Origin: an uncultured Gemmataceae bacterium
GTDB lineage: Bacteria; Planctomycetota; Planctomycetia; Gemmatales; Gemmataceae
Reading direction: 5' to 3'
NCBI GenBank assembly: GCA_963750165.1
Contig: CAVVPN010000004.1
Coordinates: 1,248,001 to 1,312,000 of the forward strand
DNA length: 64,000 bases
Shown: piece after piece, positions 38,158-47,953 of the stretch
Layout of the letters: each line of letters opens with the position of its first letter
How positions within the stretch are numbered: the first letter of the stretch is position 1
Notes under the pieces: model-generated
Databases searched by the model: none
Told to the model about the DNA's origin: nothing
What the model saw: the letters and a program-made list of their open reading frames with translations, nothing else
Translations under genes and position numbers: made by a program

Positions 38158-38222
38158 GCGCCGAATCTCGACGTGTGAAAAAGTTGGCGTTCTTGGCGTC
38201 CTTGGCGTTCTTGCTGTGGCAA
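38158..38222 (-). repeat. Third copy of the 9-mer-containing element
   Basis: Reverse complement TTGCCACAGCAAGAACGCCAAGGACGCCAAGAACGCCAACTTTTTCACACGTCGAGATTCGGCGC matches the copies at 2842 and 2951. Confidence 0.8.
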
Positions 38223-38519
38223 GCCACGCCAGCCGATGTCCGCTGATGTCAACTCCCCACCTTGCCGCGTTTCGCGAAACCTGCGCAACGGCAATCGCCT
38301 TTGTCGAACGTTCCGACTCGCCAAATTGTGTGCATCCTCCCTTTTCGCCGATTTACTCTTACTCTGCTCGATTCAGTGCCGATGTTGGCAGAGAAGTGGG
38401 TTGTGTCTGCGGCGGGGTTAACTATCTTGCCTTGTTTAACCACCGGGGTCCCCTTCCCGGCCGCGATCCAAACCCCCTACCTCCGCCGCGAGCGGTCCTT
38501 TTTCAGGCAGGGCGACGCC

Positions 38520-40145
38520 ATGAGGAAGTTCTTACTGTTGGGAGTTTGCCTCCTGGGGGGCAGTATTGCGAGCCCCGGCTTCGCCCAGGAGGGAGTCTGG
38601 CGGCCCCGGGGGGACACCTCAGGGGCCGGATGCGCTGCGACCACCGGGGTGACGCTGGGGCGGCCCGTGCCGCTGACCGCTCCGGAGGCCGCCACAGCGC
38701 CGCCGTCCCTCGACCCGGGCGTGCGCGCGGCCGCGTTCGTTCTCACCCCCGCCCCGGTGGACGAACCGCTCGTCCGCGTCAAGTTCAGTGAATCGGCCTT
38801 CACCCACGCCGCCCCAGCCGCCCCAACCGCCCCAACCGCCCCAAGCGGCCCGGCGCTGGTCCCGATCCTGTTGCCGGATCCGGCCGTGACGAGCACCACT
38901 CAGGAATTCAACTTTCCGGGGCCGCCGGTGGTGGACGGGCCGAACAATTCGCTCCTCGCGCAACCGGGGGGAGAAGCGATCGTGTTCTGGGAGGAACTCG
39001 GCGGCGGCCTGCAGCGCTTCTACGTGCGGAAGGAGTACCTGGCGTGGTGGCTCAAGGGGCAGAACCTGCCGCCGCTGGTCACCACCAGTTCGCCGCTGCT
39101 GCCCGAGGGCAACCTCGGCGTCCTGGGGCCGGGCACCGCGGTGCTGTACGGCAACTCGACGCAGAGTGCGCAGCAGTTCAATGGCCTGCGGTTGACGGCG
39201 GGTTACTGGCTGGACCCCTGCGGCCTGTGGGCGGTCGAGGCCAGCGGCTTCTTCCTCGGCGGCCAGAGCAACCACTTCTCGGTCAACAGCATGACCACGC
39301 CGGTCATTGCCCGGCCGATCCAGATTCAGAACCTCGGCAACCTGGAGTCGCGCGAGCTGACCGCGACACCGGGGTTGTCGCCGGACGCGCTGTTCCTGCT
39401 GCGCGGCGGCGTCAACGTCGATTCGTCCACGCAGTTCTGGGGCGCCGAGGCCAACCTCCGCCGCGTGCTCTGCGCCGGTTGCAACTACCGCATCGACGCG
39501 CTCGCCGGCTTCCGCTACCTGGACCTGCGCGAGAGTTTGCAGATCACGGAGAGCGTGACAACGCTGAAGGATTTTCCGGAGCCGTCGCTGAATCCGCCGG
39601 TGCAGGTGAAGGCGGGCGACAACTTCCTGTCAATCGATCGCTTCGCCACGCGCAACCAGTTCTACGGCGGCCAGGTCGGGCTCAACGGTGAGTACCGCTG
39701 GGGCCGCTGGCTCTTCGGGGCCACGGCCAAGGTGGGCCTGGGCGTCACGCAGGAGACGCTCAACATCCAGGGCAGCACGACGCTGACGCAGGCGGCGACC
39801 GGCAACAAGATCGTCGCGCCCGGTGGCCTGTACGCGCAGCCGAGTAACATCGGCCAGTTCAGCCAGAGTCACTTCGCGGTGGCGCCGGAGGTCGGTCTGC
39901 GGGTCGGCTACCAGGTGACGGACAACATCAACATTTTCGTCGGCTACAGCGTCCTGTACCTGAGCAACGTCATCCGGCCGGGCGACCAGATCGACCGCAG
40001 CATCGACGTGACGCAGGCGCCGTTCGGCCTGGGCAACACCGTCAACCTGCCGCCGGTAACAGGCGTGCAGCACCCGACGCCGCTGTTCCGGCAGACGGAC
40101 TTCTGGGCACAGGGCGTCAACGTCGGCTTCGAGATTCGCTATTAA
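38520..40145 (+). CDS. BBP7-family outer-membrane beta-barrel protein
   Basis: Signal peptide, EYLAWWLKG..LPPLVTT, AGFRYLDL.E, F.TRNQFYGGQVG, VIRPGDQIDR and terminal FWAQGVNVGFEIRY. Confidence 0.85.
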   Translation: MRKFLLLGVCLLGGSIASPGFAQEGVWRPRGDTSGAGCAATTGVTLGRPVPLTAPEAATAPPSLDPGVRAAAFVLTPAPVDEPLVRVKFSESAFTHAAPAAPTAPTAPSGPALVPILLPDPAVTSTTQEFNFPGPPVVDGPNNSLLAQPGGEAIVFWEELGGGLQRFYVRKEYLAWWLKGQNLPPLVTTSSPLLPEGNLGVLGPGTAVLYGNSTQSAQQFNGLRLTAGYWLDPCGLWAVEASGFFLGGQSNHFSVNSMTTPVIARPIQIQNLGNLESRELTATPGLSPDALFLLRGGVNVDSSTQFWGAEANLRRVLCAGCNYRIDALAGFRYLDLRESLQITESVTTLKDFPEPSLNPPVQVKAGDNFLSIDRFATRNQFYGGQVGLNGEYRWGRWLFGATAKVGLGVTQETLNIQGSTTLTQAATGNKIVAPGGLYAQPSNIGQFSQSHFAVAPEVGLRVGYQVTDNINIFVGYSVLYLSNVIRPGDQIDRSIDVTQAPFGLGNTVNLPPVTGVQHPTPLFRQTDFWAQGVNVGFEIRY

Positions 40146-40247
40146 AAACGATCCGCGGCGGCTGGCGGCAGCGGACAAGCGCGGTTCGGCTGCTACAACA
40201 ACGAGGAGCCAGTTCGCCTGCCCCGCCGCCCGCCCCAGGAGGACCGC

Positions 40248-41612
40248 ATGAAGCCGCCGTTAGCGAACCGCATGGCCGAGTACGCCCAGCAACTCCGCTT
40301 CGCCGACCTGCCCGCGCCGGTCGTCCACGAAGCCAAGCGCCGCTTCATTGACTCGTTCGCCACGGCGGTCGGCGCGATGGAGGCGGAGGCGTATGCCATC
40401 GTCAAGCACTGCGCGTTGCGCGTCAGCGCCACGCCAGACGCCGGCCTGCTCGGCGGCGGTCGCAGCAGCCCGGAATGGGCCACGTTCGGCAACGGCCTGC
40501 TCATCCGCTATCTCGATTTCAATGACACCTACCTGTCACTGGAGCCGGCCCACCCGAGCGACAACCTGGCGCCGGTGCTGGCGGTCGGTGAGGCGGCGAC
40601 CAGTACCGGGCAGGACCTGATCACCGCCGCGGTGCTGGCCTACGAGATCCAGTGCCGGCTGTGCGATGCCGCCAGTCTACGGAAAAAAGGCTTCGACCAC
40701 GTCACCTACGGGGCCATCTCGTCGGCCGTCGCGGCGTGCCGGCTGCTGCGGCTGGACGCGGTGAAGACGACGCACGCCATCGGCGTGGCGGGCGTGGCCA
40801 ACACTGCCCTGCGGCAGACGCGCGCCGGCGAGCTGAGCATGTGGAAGGGCTGTGCTTTCGCCAACGCGGCGCGCAATGGCGTCTTCGCGGCACTGCTGGC
40901 GGCGGAGGGGTTGACCGGGCCGGCGCCGATTTTCGAGGGCGACCTCGGCATCATGAAGTTGCTGACCGGGCCGTTTGAGGTGGCGCCGTTCGGCGGCCAG
41001 GGCGGCGACGGCTTCATGCTTGCCCGCACGTACATCAAGTTCTGGCCGGCGGAGTACCACTCGCAGAGCGCCATCGAAGCAGCGCTGCAGTTGCGGCCGC
41101 AGGTCGGCGACGTGGGCAAGATCAAGGCGATTGACATTCACACGTTTGACGCGGCGGTGGACATCATCGGCAAGGATCCAGAGAAGTGGCGGCCGAAGAC
41201 GCGCGAGACGGCGGACCATTCGCTGCCCTACTGCACTGCGGTGGCGCTGGTCGATGGCGACGTGACCGAGGCCCAGTTCGCGCCCGTGCGCATCACTGAT
41301 CCGAAGCTGATCGACCTGGTGGCGAAGGTGAAGGTGCATCGCGACGCGGCGCTGTCGCAGCGCTACCCGGCCGGCATTCCGAACCGGCTGACGATCACGC
41401 TGGACGACGGCCGGCAGCTGGTCAACGAGGTGGAGTTCCCGCGCGGCCATGCGCAGAACCCGATGACTGACGCGGAGGTGGAGAAGAAGTTCCGCAGCAT
41501 GGTCGAGCCGCGCTACGGCAAGGAGAAGGCGGAAAAAATCCTGGCGGCGTGCTGGCGGCTGGAGCAGTTGCCGGCCGGGGCCGCCGGGGAACTGATTCGG
41601 CTATTTGTTTAA
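40248..41612 (+). CDS. prpD: MmgE/PrpD family protein (2-methylcitrate dehydratase-like)
   Basis: RYLDFNDTY, HPSDN, LRQTRAGELSMWKG, KFWPAEYHSQ, RETADHSLPY and PRGH. Confidence 0.88.
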   Translation: MKPPLANRMAEYAQQLRFADLPAPVVHEAKRRFIDSFATAVGAMEAEAYAIVKHCALRVSATPDAGLLGGGRSSPEWATFGNGLLIRYLDFNDTYLSLEPAHPSDNLAPVLAVGEAATSTGQDLITAAVLAYEIQCRLCDAASLRKKGFDHVTYGAISSAVAACRLLRLDAVKTTHAIGVAGVANTALRQTRAGELSMWKGCAFANAARNGVFAALLAAEGLTGPAPIFEGDLGIMKLLTGPFEVAPFGGQGGDGFMLARTYIKFWPAEYHSQSAIEAALQLRPQVGDVGKIKAIDIHTFDAAVDIIGKDPEKWRPKTRETADHSLPYCTAVALVDGDVTEAQFAPVRITDPKLIDLVAKVKVHRDAALSQRYPAGIPNRLTITLDDGRQLVNEVEFPRGHAQNPMTDAEVEKKFRSMVEPRYGKEKAEKILAACWRLEQLPAGAAGELIRLFV

Positions 41613-41613
41613 C

Positions 41614-41674
41614 GTCCGAGCCCGAGCGCCAGCGCGGGGCCAAGTCTGCCCCGCGCTGGCGCTCGGGCTCCGAC
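41614..41674. repeat. REP-like palindrome family A between convergent stop codons
   Basis: GAGCCCGAGCGCCAGCGCGGGGC...GCCCCGCGCTGGCGCTCGGGCTC. Confidence 0.85.
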
Positions 41675-41679
41675 CGGCG

Positions 41680-42933
41680 CTAGGCGTTCTCGCAGCCCAG
41701 TTCGCTGACCAGCGCCCGCAGGAACGGCTCCGCATCGGTGACGATGCCCACCGTCTGAATGCTGCCGCGGTCCGTCAGCTTGGTCACCGTCGCCGGGTTG
41801 ATGTCCACGCACGCCACCTTCACCCACGCCGGCAATAAATTGCCCGTCGCAATCGAATGCAGCATCGTCGCCACCATCAGCGCGAAGCCGATGCCGTGCG
41901 TCAGTTCGCGCATGCGCTGCTGCGCCTCCAGCACGTCGTTGATAACCTCCGGCAGCGGCGTGTGATCGCGGATGCTGCCGCCGAGCACGAACGGTACGTC
42001 GCGTTTCAGGCACTCGTACAGGATGCCGCTCCTGAGCACGCCGCGGTCCACGGCGGCGCGGAGGCCGCCCAGGCGGCGGATTTTGTTGACGGCACGCAGC
42101 GGGTTTTCGTGGCCCTCCTCGGTCGGGATGCCGCGCTCCAGCGAGACGCCCTGGCTGGTGCCGTACAGCGCCTGCTCCACGTCGTAGGTGGCGACCGCGT
42201 TGCCGGTGAACAGCACCTGCACGAAACCGCCACGGATCAGCTTGCAGACATGGCCGACACTGCCGGTGTGGACCACGGCGGCGCCGAGGACGGCGAGGAG
42301 TTTTTCGCCGGCGTCCCGGCTGCGGCGCATGGCGGCGGCGATCTCGCGCACCGCCACGTTCTTGGGCTGCTCGCTCGACACGGCGCTGGCCATGAACTCA
42401 AACAGGTTCTGACGGGCGGTGGTCGAAGCGGGGAAGACGCGCACGCCCTGATGGCCGACGACGATGCGGTCGCCCTTGCGCACCAGGGCCATCGGCAGGC
42501 AGCGGGCGGCGGCGCCCTCGGGGTCGATCAGGATGCCGCAATCCATCTCCTGGTCCTCGACCTCGATCCACTCGCCGCCCAGGCGAACCTGCGTGCGATA
42601 GCTGGTGGTGCTGTAGAAGTCCTGCGGGAAGGCGCTGTCGATGTCGGCGGCGACAACGCGGCAGTCCTGAGCGTCCGTCGGCACGGCGCCGTGGGTGTGA
42701 ATCTTCTCCAGGATGAGCCGCAGCTGGTCCGCCGTGGCGGCGCACACCTCGATGCGCGCTCGACTGGGATCCTCCTGACGCTGGCCGAGCTGCATGTCCT
42801 TGAGGACATAGGAGCCGCCCAGCGTCAGGATTTCGTCCAGTACCCGCGGCAGGATCAGCGAGTCGATCAGGTGGCCCTGCATCTCCACCTCCTCGGCGAA
42901 GGGCAGGCCAACGGGGGTCGTGGTCGTGGACAT
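41680..42933 (-). CDS. TIGR00300 / LOR-SDH family protein (related to the ornithine cyclodeaminase region of ArgZ/AgrE)
   Basis: GHLIDSLIL, FYSTT, QEMDC, FEFMASAVSSE, GSIRD, TMLHSIATGN and VDINPATVTKLTDRGS. Confidence 0.88.
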   Translation of the reverse strand: MSTTTTPVGLPFAEEVEMQGHLIDSLILPRVLDEILTLGGSYVLKDMQLGQRQEDPSRARIEVCAATADQLRLILEKIHTHGAVPTDAQDCRVVAADIDSAFPQDFYSTTSYRTQVRLGGEWIEVEDQEMDCGILIDPEGAAARCLPMALVRKGDRIVVGHQGVRVFPASTTARQNLFEFMASAVSSEQPKNVAVREIAAAMRRSRDAGEKLLAVLGAAVVHTGSVGHVCKLIRGGFVQVLFTGNAVATYDVEQALYGTSQGVSLERGIPTEEGHENPLRAVNKIRRLGGLRAAVDRGVLRSGILYECLKRDVPFVLGGSIRDHTPLPEVINDVLEAQQRMRELTHGIGFALMVATMLHSIATGNLLPAWVKVACVDINPATVTKLTDRGSIQTVGIVTDAEPFLRALVSELGCENA

Positions 42934-43013
42934 GGGGTGATCTGCCTTTCTTGCCATTGCCGTAGTGCAGGCGGACCGCCTACACCACCCGCTTGTGCGG
43001 GCGGCCGCCCGCA

Positions 43014-44066
43014 CTACGGGACGCTCACCGGGTCGAGGACGCGGCCCCAGCGCCGCGCCGTCCGCATCTTCCAGTGGCCGCGATGGTAGGCGTAGCCCAG
43101 CAGCAGCGGCACCGCCAGCGTCGCCTCGGCGTACACCATCTGCTCGTCGGCCAGCTCGACCTTGCCCCAGCTCGACGCCTCCTTGAGCGTGCTGCCCGAC
43201 AGCGCCCCGTCGCGCACGTCCGCCACGGTGATCTGTACCGCGTACTTGTGCATCGGTGCCTCCTTGCCCAGCACGTCCGCGGCCACCACGATGTCCTGGG
43301 CGAAGTTCTTGGGCACACCGCCGCCGACCATGAACAGGCCTGTCGTCGGATTGTGGATCTTCAACCGCGTTAGCTCCAGGAAGTCCTTCGCGCTGTCGAG
43401 AGTGACCATCGGCTGGTCGCCGCGGGCGTGCTGGTGCGCCACCAGGCCGAAGCCGGCCGAGCAGTCGCTGAACGCGGGGCAGAAGATCGGCATGTCCCGG
43501 CGGTACGCCTCGAAGACAATGCTGTCCGCCGTCTTGCAGCCGACGCGCTCCAGGTGCTGGCCCATTGCCCGGATGAACTCGCGCGAGGAGTACGGCCGCG
43601 GCTCCAGGTCGTCCGCGATCTGCCGGATGGTGTCGTCACATACCCGTAGCTCGTCCTCGTCGATGAGCGTGTCGTAAATGCGGTCCAGGTGCAGCTCGCG
43701 CAGCTCGGCGTCGTCCGTGCCGGAGCGGATGCGCTCCGGGCCGACGTAGTGCTTGAAGCCGAGCGCCTCGAAGAAATCCTGATCCACGATGTTGGCCCCG
43801 GTGCTGACGATGGCGTCCACCAGGTTACAGCGGACGGCATCGACGAAGACCTTCTTGAGACCCGCGCTGATGAGCGAGCCGGCCAGGCACAGGATGATGC
43901 CGCAGTCGCGGTCCTGGATCATGCGGTCGGTGATGTTGGCGGCGCGGGCCAGGTCGCGGGCGGTGAAGGCCATGTGCCGCATGGCCTCCACCAGCGGCAC
44001 GACGTTGTGCTTGGTGATGTCAATGTGCTCGATCGGAGTCGCGAGCAGGTCGGCGCGGTTGAGCAC
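43014..44066 (-). CDS. Deoxyhypusine synthase-like protein (bacterial; homospermidine-type polyamine synthesis plausible)
   Basis: IVSTGAN, DRIYD, PAFSDCSAG, GGGVPKNF, DGALSGSTLKEASSWGK and EATL. Confidence 0.92.
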   Translation of the reverse strand: MLNRADLLATPIEHIDITKHNVVPLVEAMRHMAFTARDLARAANITDRMIQDRDCGIILCLAGSLISAGLKKVFVDAVRCNLVDAIVSTGANIVDQDFFEALGFKHYVGPERIRSGTDDAELRELHLDRIYDTLIDEDELRVCDDTIRQIADDLEPRPYSSREFIRAMGQHLERVGCKTADSIVFEAYRRDMPIFCPAFSDCSAGFGLVAHQHARGDQPMVTLDSAKDFLELTRLKIHNPTTGLFMVGGGVPKNFAQDIVVAADVLGKEAPMHKYAVQITVADVRDGALSGSTLKEASSWGKVELADEQMVYAEATLAVPLLLGYAYHRGHWKMRTARRWGRVLDPVSVP

Positions 44067-44084
44067 GAGTCGTCTCCTACAGAG

Positions 44085-44696
44085 TTACTTCTTGTTGAAC
44101 CGAATGCGGCACCCGCGGGCGAGCGTCTCCCCTGGCGTCGCCTTGTCGCCCCGGAGGGTCGCCTGCACTGCGTCTTCCAGGTAACGGAGCTTGACGTTGG
44201 CGGCGGTGCTGGTGTCGTCCATGGCGCCCAGGTAGGCAATTTTACGCGCCTTGTTGAGCACGAAAAACTCCGGCGTGTAGATGGCCCCGTAAGCACGGGC
44301 GCTCTGCTGGCTGGGGTCGTAGAGGTACGGGAAGTTGAAGCGCTTCTCCCTGGCCCGCTCCTTCATCTTGTCCAGCCGATCCTCGGGGATGGTGTTGACG
44401 TTGATGGCGACCACGGCCACCTTGCTTGTGGGACCGGCGTACTTCTTCGTGAAAGCGATGATGCGGTCCTCGTAATCGACCGCGATGGGGCAACTGTTGC
44501 AAGTGAAGACGACGACCACGACCTCCTTATCCTTGAAGTCGCTCAGCGCATGCTTCTTGCCGTCGGTGCCTTCGAGGCCGGACCAGGCCGGGGCGGCGTC
44601 GCCGACCTTGAGCACCTCGTTGTACTCGCCGCCGGGCCGGGCGGCCGTCAGCAACAGTCCGGCCGCCAGCGCGATTGCCGTGTGCCAGCGCAGCAT
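44085..44696 (-). CDS. Exported thioredoxin-like/AhpC-TSA redoxin
   Basis: Signal peptide, VGDAAP, FTCNSCP, FPYLYDPSQ, TPEFFV and GCRI. Confidence 0.85.
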   Translation of the reverse strand: MLRWHTAIALAAGLLLTAARPGGEYNEVLKVGDAAPAWSGLEGTDGKKHALSDFKDKEVVVVVFTCNSCPIAVDYEDRIIAFTKKYAGPTSKVAVVAINVNTIPEDRLDKMKERAREKRFNFPYLYDPSQQSARAYGAIYTPEFFVLNKARKIAYLGAMDDTSTAANVKLRYLEDAVQATLRGDKATPGETLARGCRIRFNKK

Positions 44697-44944
44697 GGAA
44701 TTCCCTCCGGGGCGACGGTCAAGCGTCCAGGGGTCATGGTATGGCTCGGTGCGGCGGCGAACATCCTGACTTTAGAGGCCAGCAACAGCTTTGTGAGATC
44801 AAGTCAGGGATGCCCGGGCGGTCAGGTGCTGCCCGCGACAGGAGGCAACCGCCCACTGCGGACCTTGATATGGCCAGAACCATGTGTGACAATTCAAACA
44901 ACTCCCCACTGGAGAGGCGCGGTTCAATCAGCGGAGCGGCAATC

Positions 44945-47900
44945 ATGGCCATCGCACAAAAACTCTCGACCCTTGCGCTACGGGAAGTCCTCGAAGGCGC
45001 CTGCAAGGCAGTCGGCTTCAAGGCCGGCGAGGGCGTCGTCGAAGGTGTCGTCGGCTTCCTCGTCCACCATTTGACCGACCACAGCCAGAAACTGCCCTGG
45101 GCGCTGGGCCGGGCCAACGAGCACGCCTGGAAGGCCCTGGAGATCGCCCTGGCCGGCGAATCGCTCTGGAGTTGGCTCGATCGCGCCGAGAACAAGGCGT
45201 TCCGCGCTCAGGTGCGCGCCTTCCTCAATGCGACGCCGCTCGCGGGGCTGCCCGGCCACGGCCCCGAGTTCCGCCAGCAGTGCCTGCGCGAACTGCGTGC
45301 CGCCCGCCAGGCGGGGCTGCTGCCCGGCTCGCTGCAAATGCAGGAACTGGCGAAGGAGGCCGGCCAGTTCGCGCGCTTCAGCGACCCGCAGGCACTGCTC
45401 GACGCCGAGAACGCCACGCTGACCGACCTGGCCGAGGAATTCCGTCAGGCGAAGTACGGAGCGCTGGCGCACCTGGTGGCGCTGCGTGTCGGCAGCGACG
45501 GCAGCGTGACGGTGCTGGCGGCGGCGGTGCGTTACTTCTTTCGCCGTGAGGTCGAGACCGACCGCGAGTTGTTTCAGGGTCTGACCTTCGCCAAACTGGA
45601 CGGCCTGCAACAAACGCAGGAGCAGGGCTTCGCGGCGCTGGCCGAGGCGCTGACGAGTGCCACCGGCGAGTTGGAGGCCATGCTGGCGAGCGTGCAGGAG
45701 ATCGTTGTCGAGACGCACGGCGTTGTCGTGGACATCCAGAAAGAGGTCAACAAGCTGGCGGAGCGCTTCGACCTGCTGCGCCGCGAACTGCGGCCGCGCG
45801 ACAGCCTGAGCATCAACGACGAGGGCGAACGCAAACTGGTCCGCCAGCTGGTGGCGCGCTACCGGGCGCTGCCGGCGGAACAGCGCCACAAGTTCCCGGA
45901 CCTGCTCGGCTCCATCGGCAAGCTGGAGGTGGCGACCGGCGACTTCGACGCGGCCCAGCGCGACTTCCTGGAACTGGCCGGCGTCGCCACGGACACCGCG
46001 GCCAGGGCGGAGGCACACCACAACGCTTACGGCGCCGCCCTGGAGCGCGGCGACTTCGCCTCGGCACTGACCGAGCTGGGGCAGGCGGTGGCGCTGGACG
46101 CGGGCCGCTTCGCGCCGTTTCCGTGGCACAAGTACGAGCCGGAACGCATCCTCGGCATGGGCGGTTTCGGTGTCGCGTTCCTGTGCCGCAACCGCCACTC
46201 CGGCAGCCGGGTCGTCATCAAGACGCTGCGCAGCGACAGCCTCGACCGGCAGGTGTCCGACGTGTTCCGCGAGGCTCGCGTGCTGGAGGACCTGGAGCAC
46301 CCGGCCATCATCCGCCTGCGCGACTGCGACTACGCTGATGCCGCCGCGACCCGGCCCTACCTCGTCATGGACTATTTCGAGGGCATGACGTTGCAGGACC
46401 ACATCGACCAGCACGGGCCGCTGCTGCCCGCCCGGCTGCTGCCGCTGGCGCGGACGGTCGCGGAGGCGCTGCGGACGGCGCACGCCCGCGGCATCCTGCA
46501 CCGCGACGTGAAGCCGGCCAACCTGCTCGTGCGCCCGACGGCGACGGCTGGCGCGTCAAGCTCATCGATTTTGGGCTGGCGCTGAAGCAAAATCTCATTC
46601 AGGCGACGATGGCCACGCCGTCGGCGGCGCCAACCGCACCGTGTCGGGCTACAGCATCGCCGGCACCATCGACTACGCGGCGCCGGAGCAGATGGGCCGG
46701 CTGCCGGCGCGCAGGTTGGGCCGCACACGGACGTGTACGGCTTTGGCAAGATGTGCTGTTACGCGCTGTTCAAAACGGTGAACCCGCTGCGCAAGCACTG
46801 GCGCGACATCCCCGAGGAACTGGCGGACGTGCTGGAGCAGTGTTTGCACGAGGCACCGCAGGAGCGGTTGGCGAACTTCGACAAGGTGCTCGCCGGCCTG
46901 GCGACGACACCCGTGGGTCCGAGCCCGAGCGTCAGCGCGGGGGCTCGCGTGCCCCGCGCTGACGCTCGGGTTCCGACGGCGCCAACCCCCCGGGCGGCGC
47001 CGACGATGACCGCCAGCCCCAAGCGCGAATGGTGGCGCGTGCGGCCGGAGCAGGGCGGCGCTCTGCCGCTGGCGCGCAACGCCCGTCGCTTTGAGGGCCA
47101 CAGTGACGCGGTGCTGTCCGTGGCGTTTTCGCCGGACGGCCAGCGTCTGCTGTCAGGCAGCGCTGACTCGACGGTGCGCCTGTGGGACGCGCAGACTGGC
47201 GAGCAGGTCTGCATCCTGAGCGGTCACACGGACAAGGTGTGGTCAGTGACGTTTCTGCCGGACGGTCAGCGGGCGCTGTCGGCGGGCAAGGACCGCAGTG
47301 TGCGGCTGTGGGACGTGCAGCGCGGCTGTGAGCTGCGCTGCTTCGAGGGCCGCACCAATCGCGGGTTGGCGGTATCGCCGGACGGCAAGTTGGCGGTCAC
47401 CGGCAGCGTCGCGGACGGCATGGTGCGGCTGTGGCAGGTGGACAGCGGCCGCGAACTGAGCCGCTTCAAGGGCCACATGAGCTGGGTGCTGGGCCTGGCG
47501 TTCACGCCCGACGGCAACCAGGTGCTGACCAGCAGCGCTGACGGCACGGTGCGGCTCTGGGAGGTCCACAACGGCCGCGAACTGAAGCGGCTGGGGGGTC
47601 ACAAGGACCAGGTGCAATGCGTCGCGGCGGGCGCGGGCGGCCGGCAGGCGCTGTCCGGCGGCTCCGACCAGACGGTGCGGATGTGGGACCTCAAGAGCGG
47701 CAAGGAACTGCGGCGCTTCGGCGATGGGGTCGATCAGCTCTGGTGCGTGGCGTTCTCGCCGGACGGCTGGCTGACGGCGTGGGAGGGGCCGGACTGGTCG
47801 GTGGTGGTGCGTGAGGCCGACACCGGCCGCGAGGTGCAGCGCTTCCAGGGCCACAGCGCCCGGGTCATGAGTGTGGCGTTCGCGCCAGACGGTCGGGCGC

Positions 47901-47953
47901 TATTGTCGGGTGGCGTCGATAAGACGCTGTGTCTGTGGCCGCTGCCGGAATGA
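44945..47953 (+). CDS. Ser/Thr kinase with N-terminal helical and TPR-like region and C-terminal WD40 repeats; frameshifts at about 46540-46720
   Basis: LGMGGFG, VVIK, HRDVKPAN, then LIDFGLA, GTIDYAAPEQ and DVYGFG in successive frames; about seven GH...WD repeats. Confidence 0.82.
46917..46977. repeat. Family A REP-like palindrome inside coding sequence
   Basis: GTCCGAGCCCGAGCGTCAGCGCGGGG...CCCCGCGCTGACGCTCGGGTTCCGAC in the kinase-WD40 linker. Confidence 0.8.
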
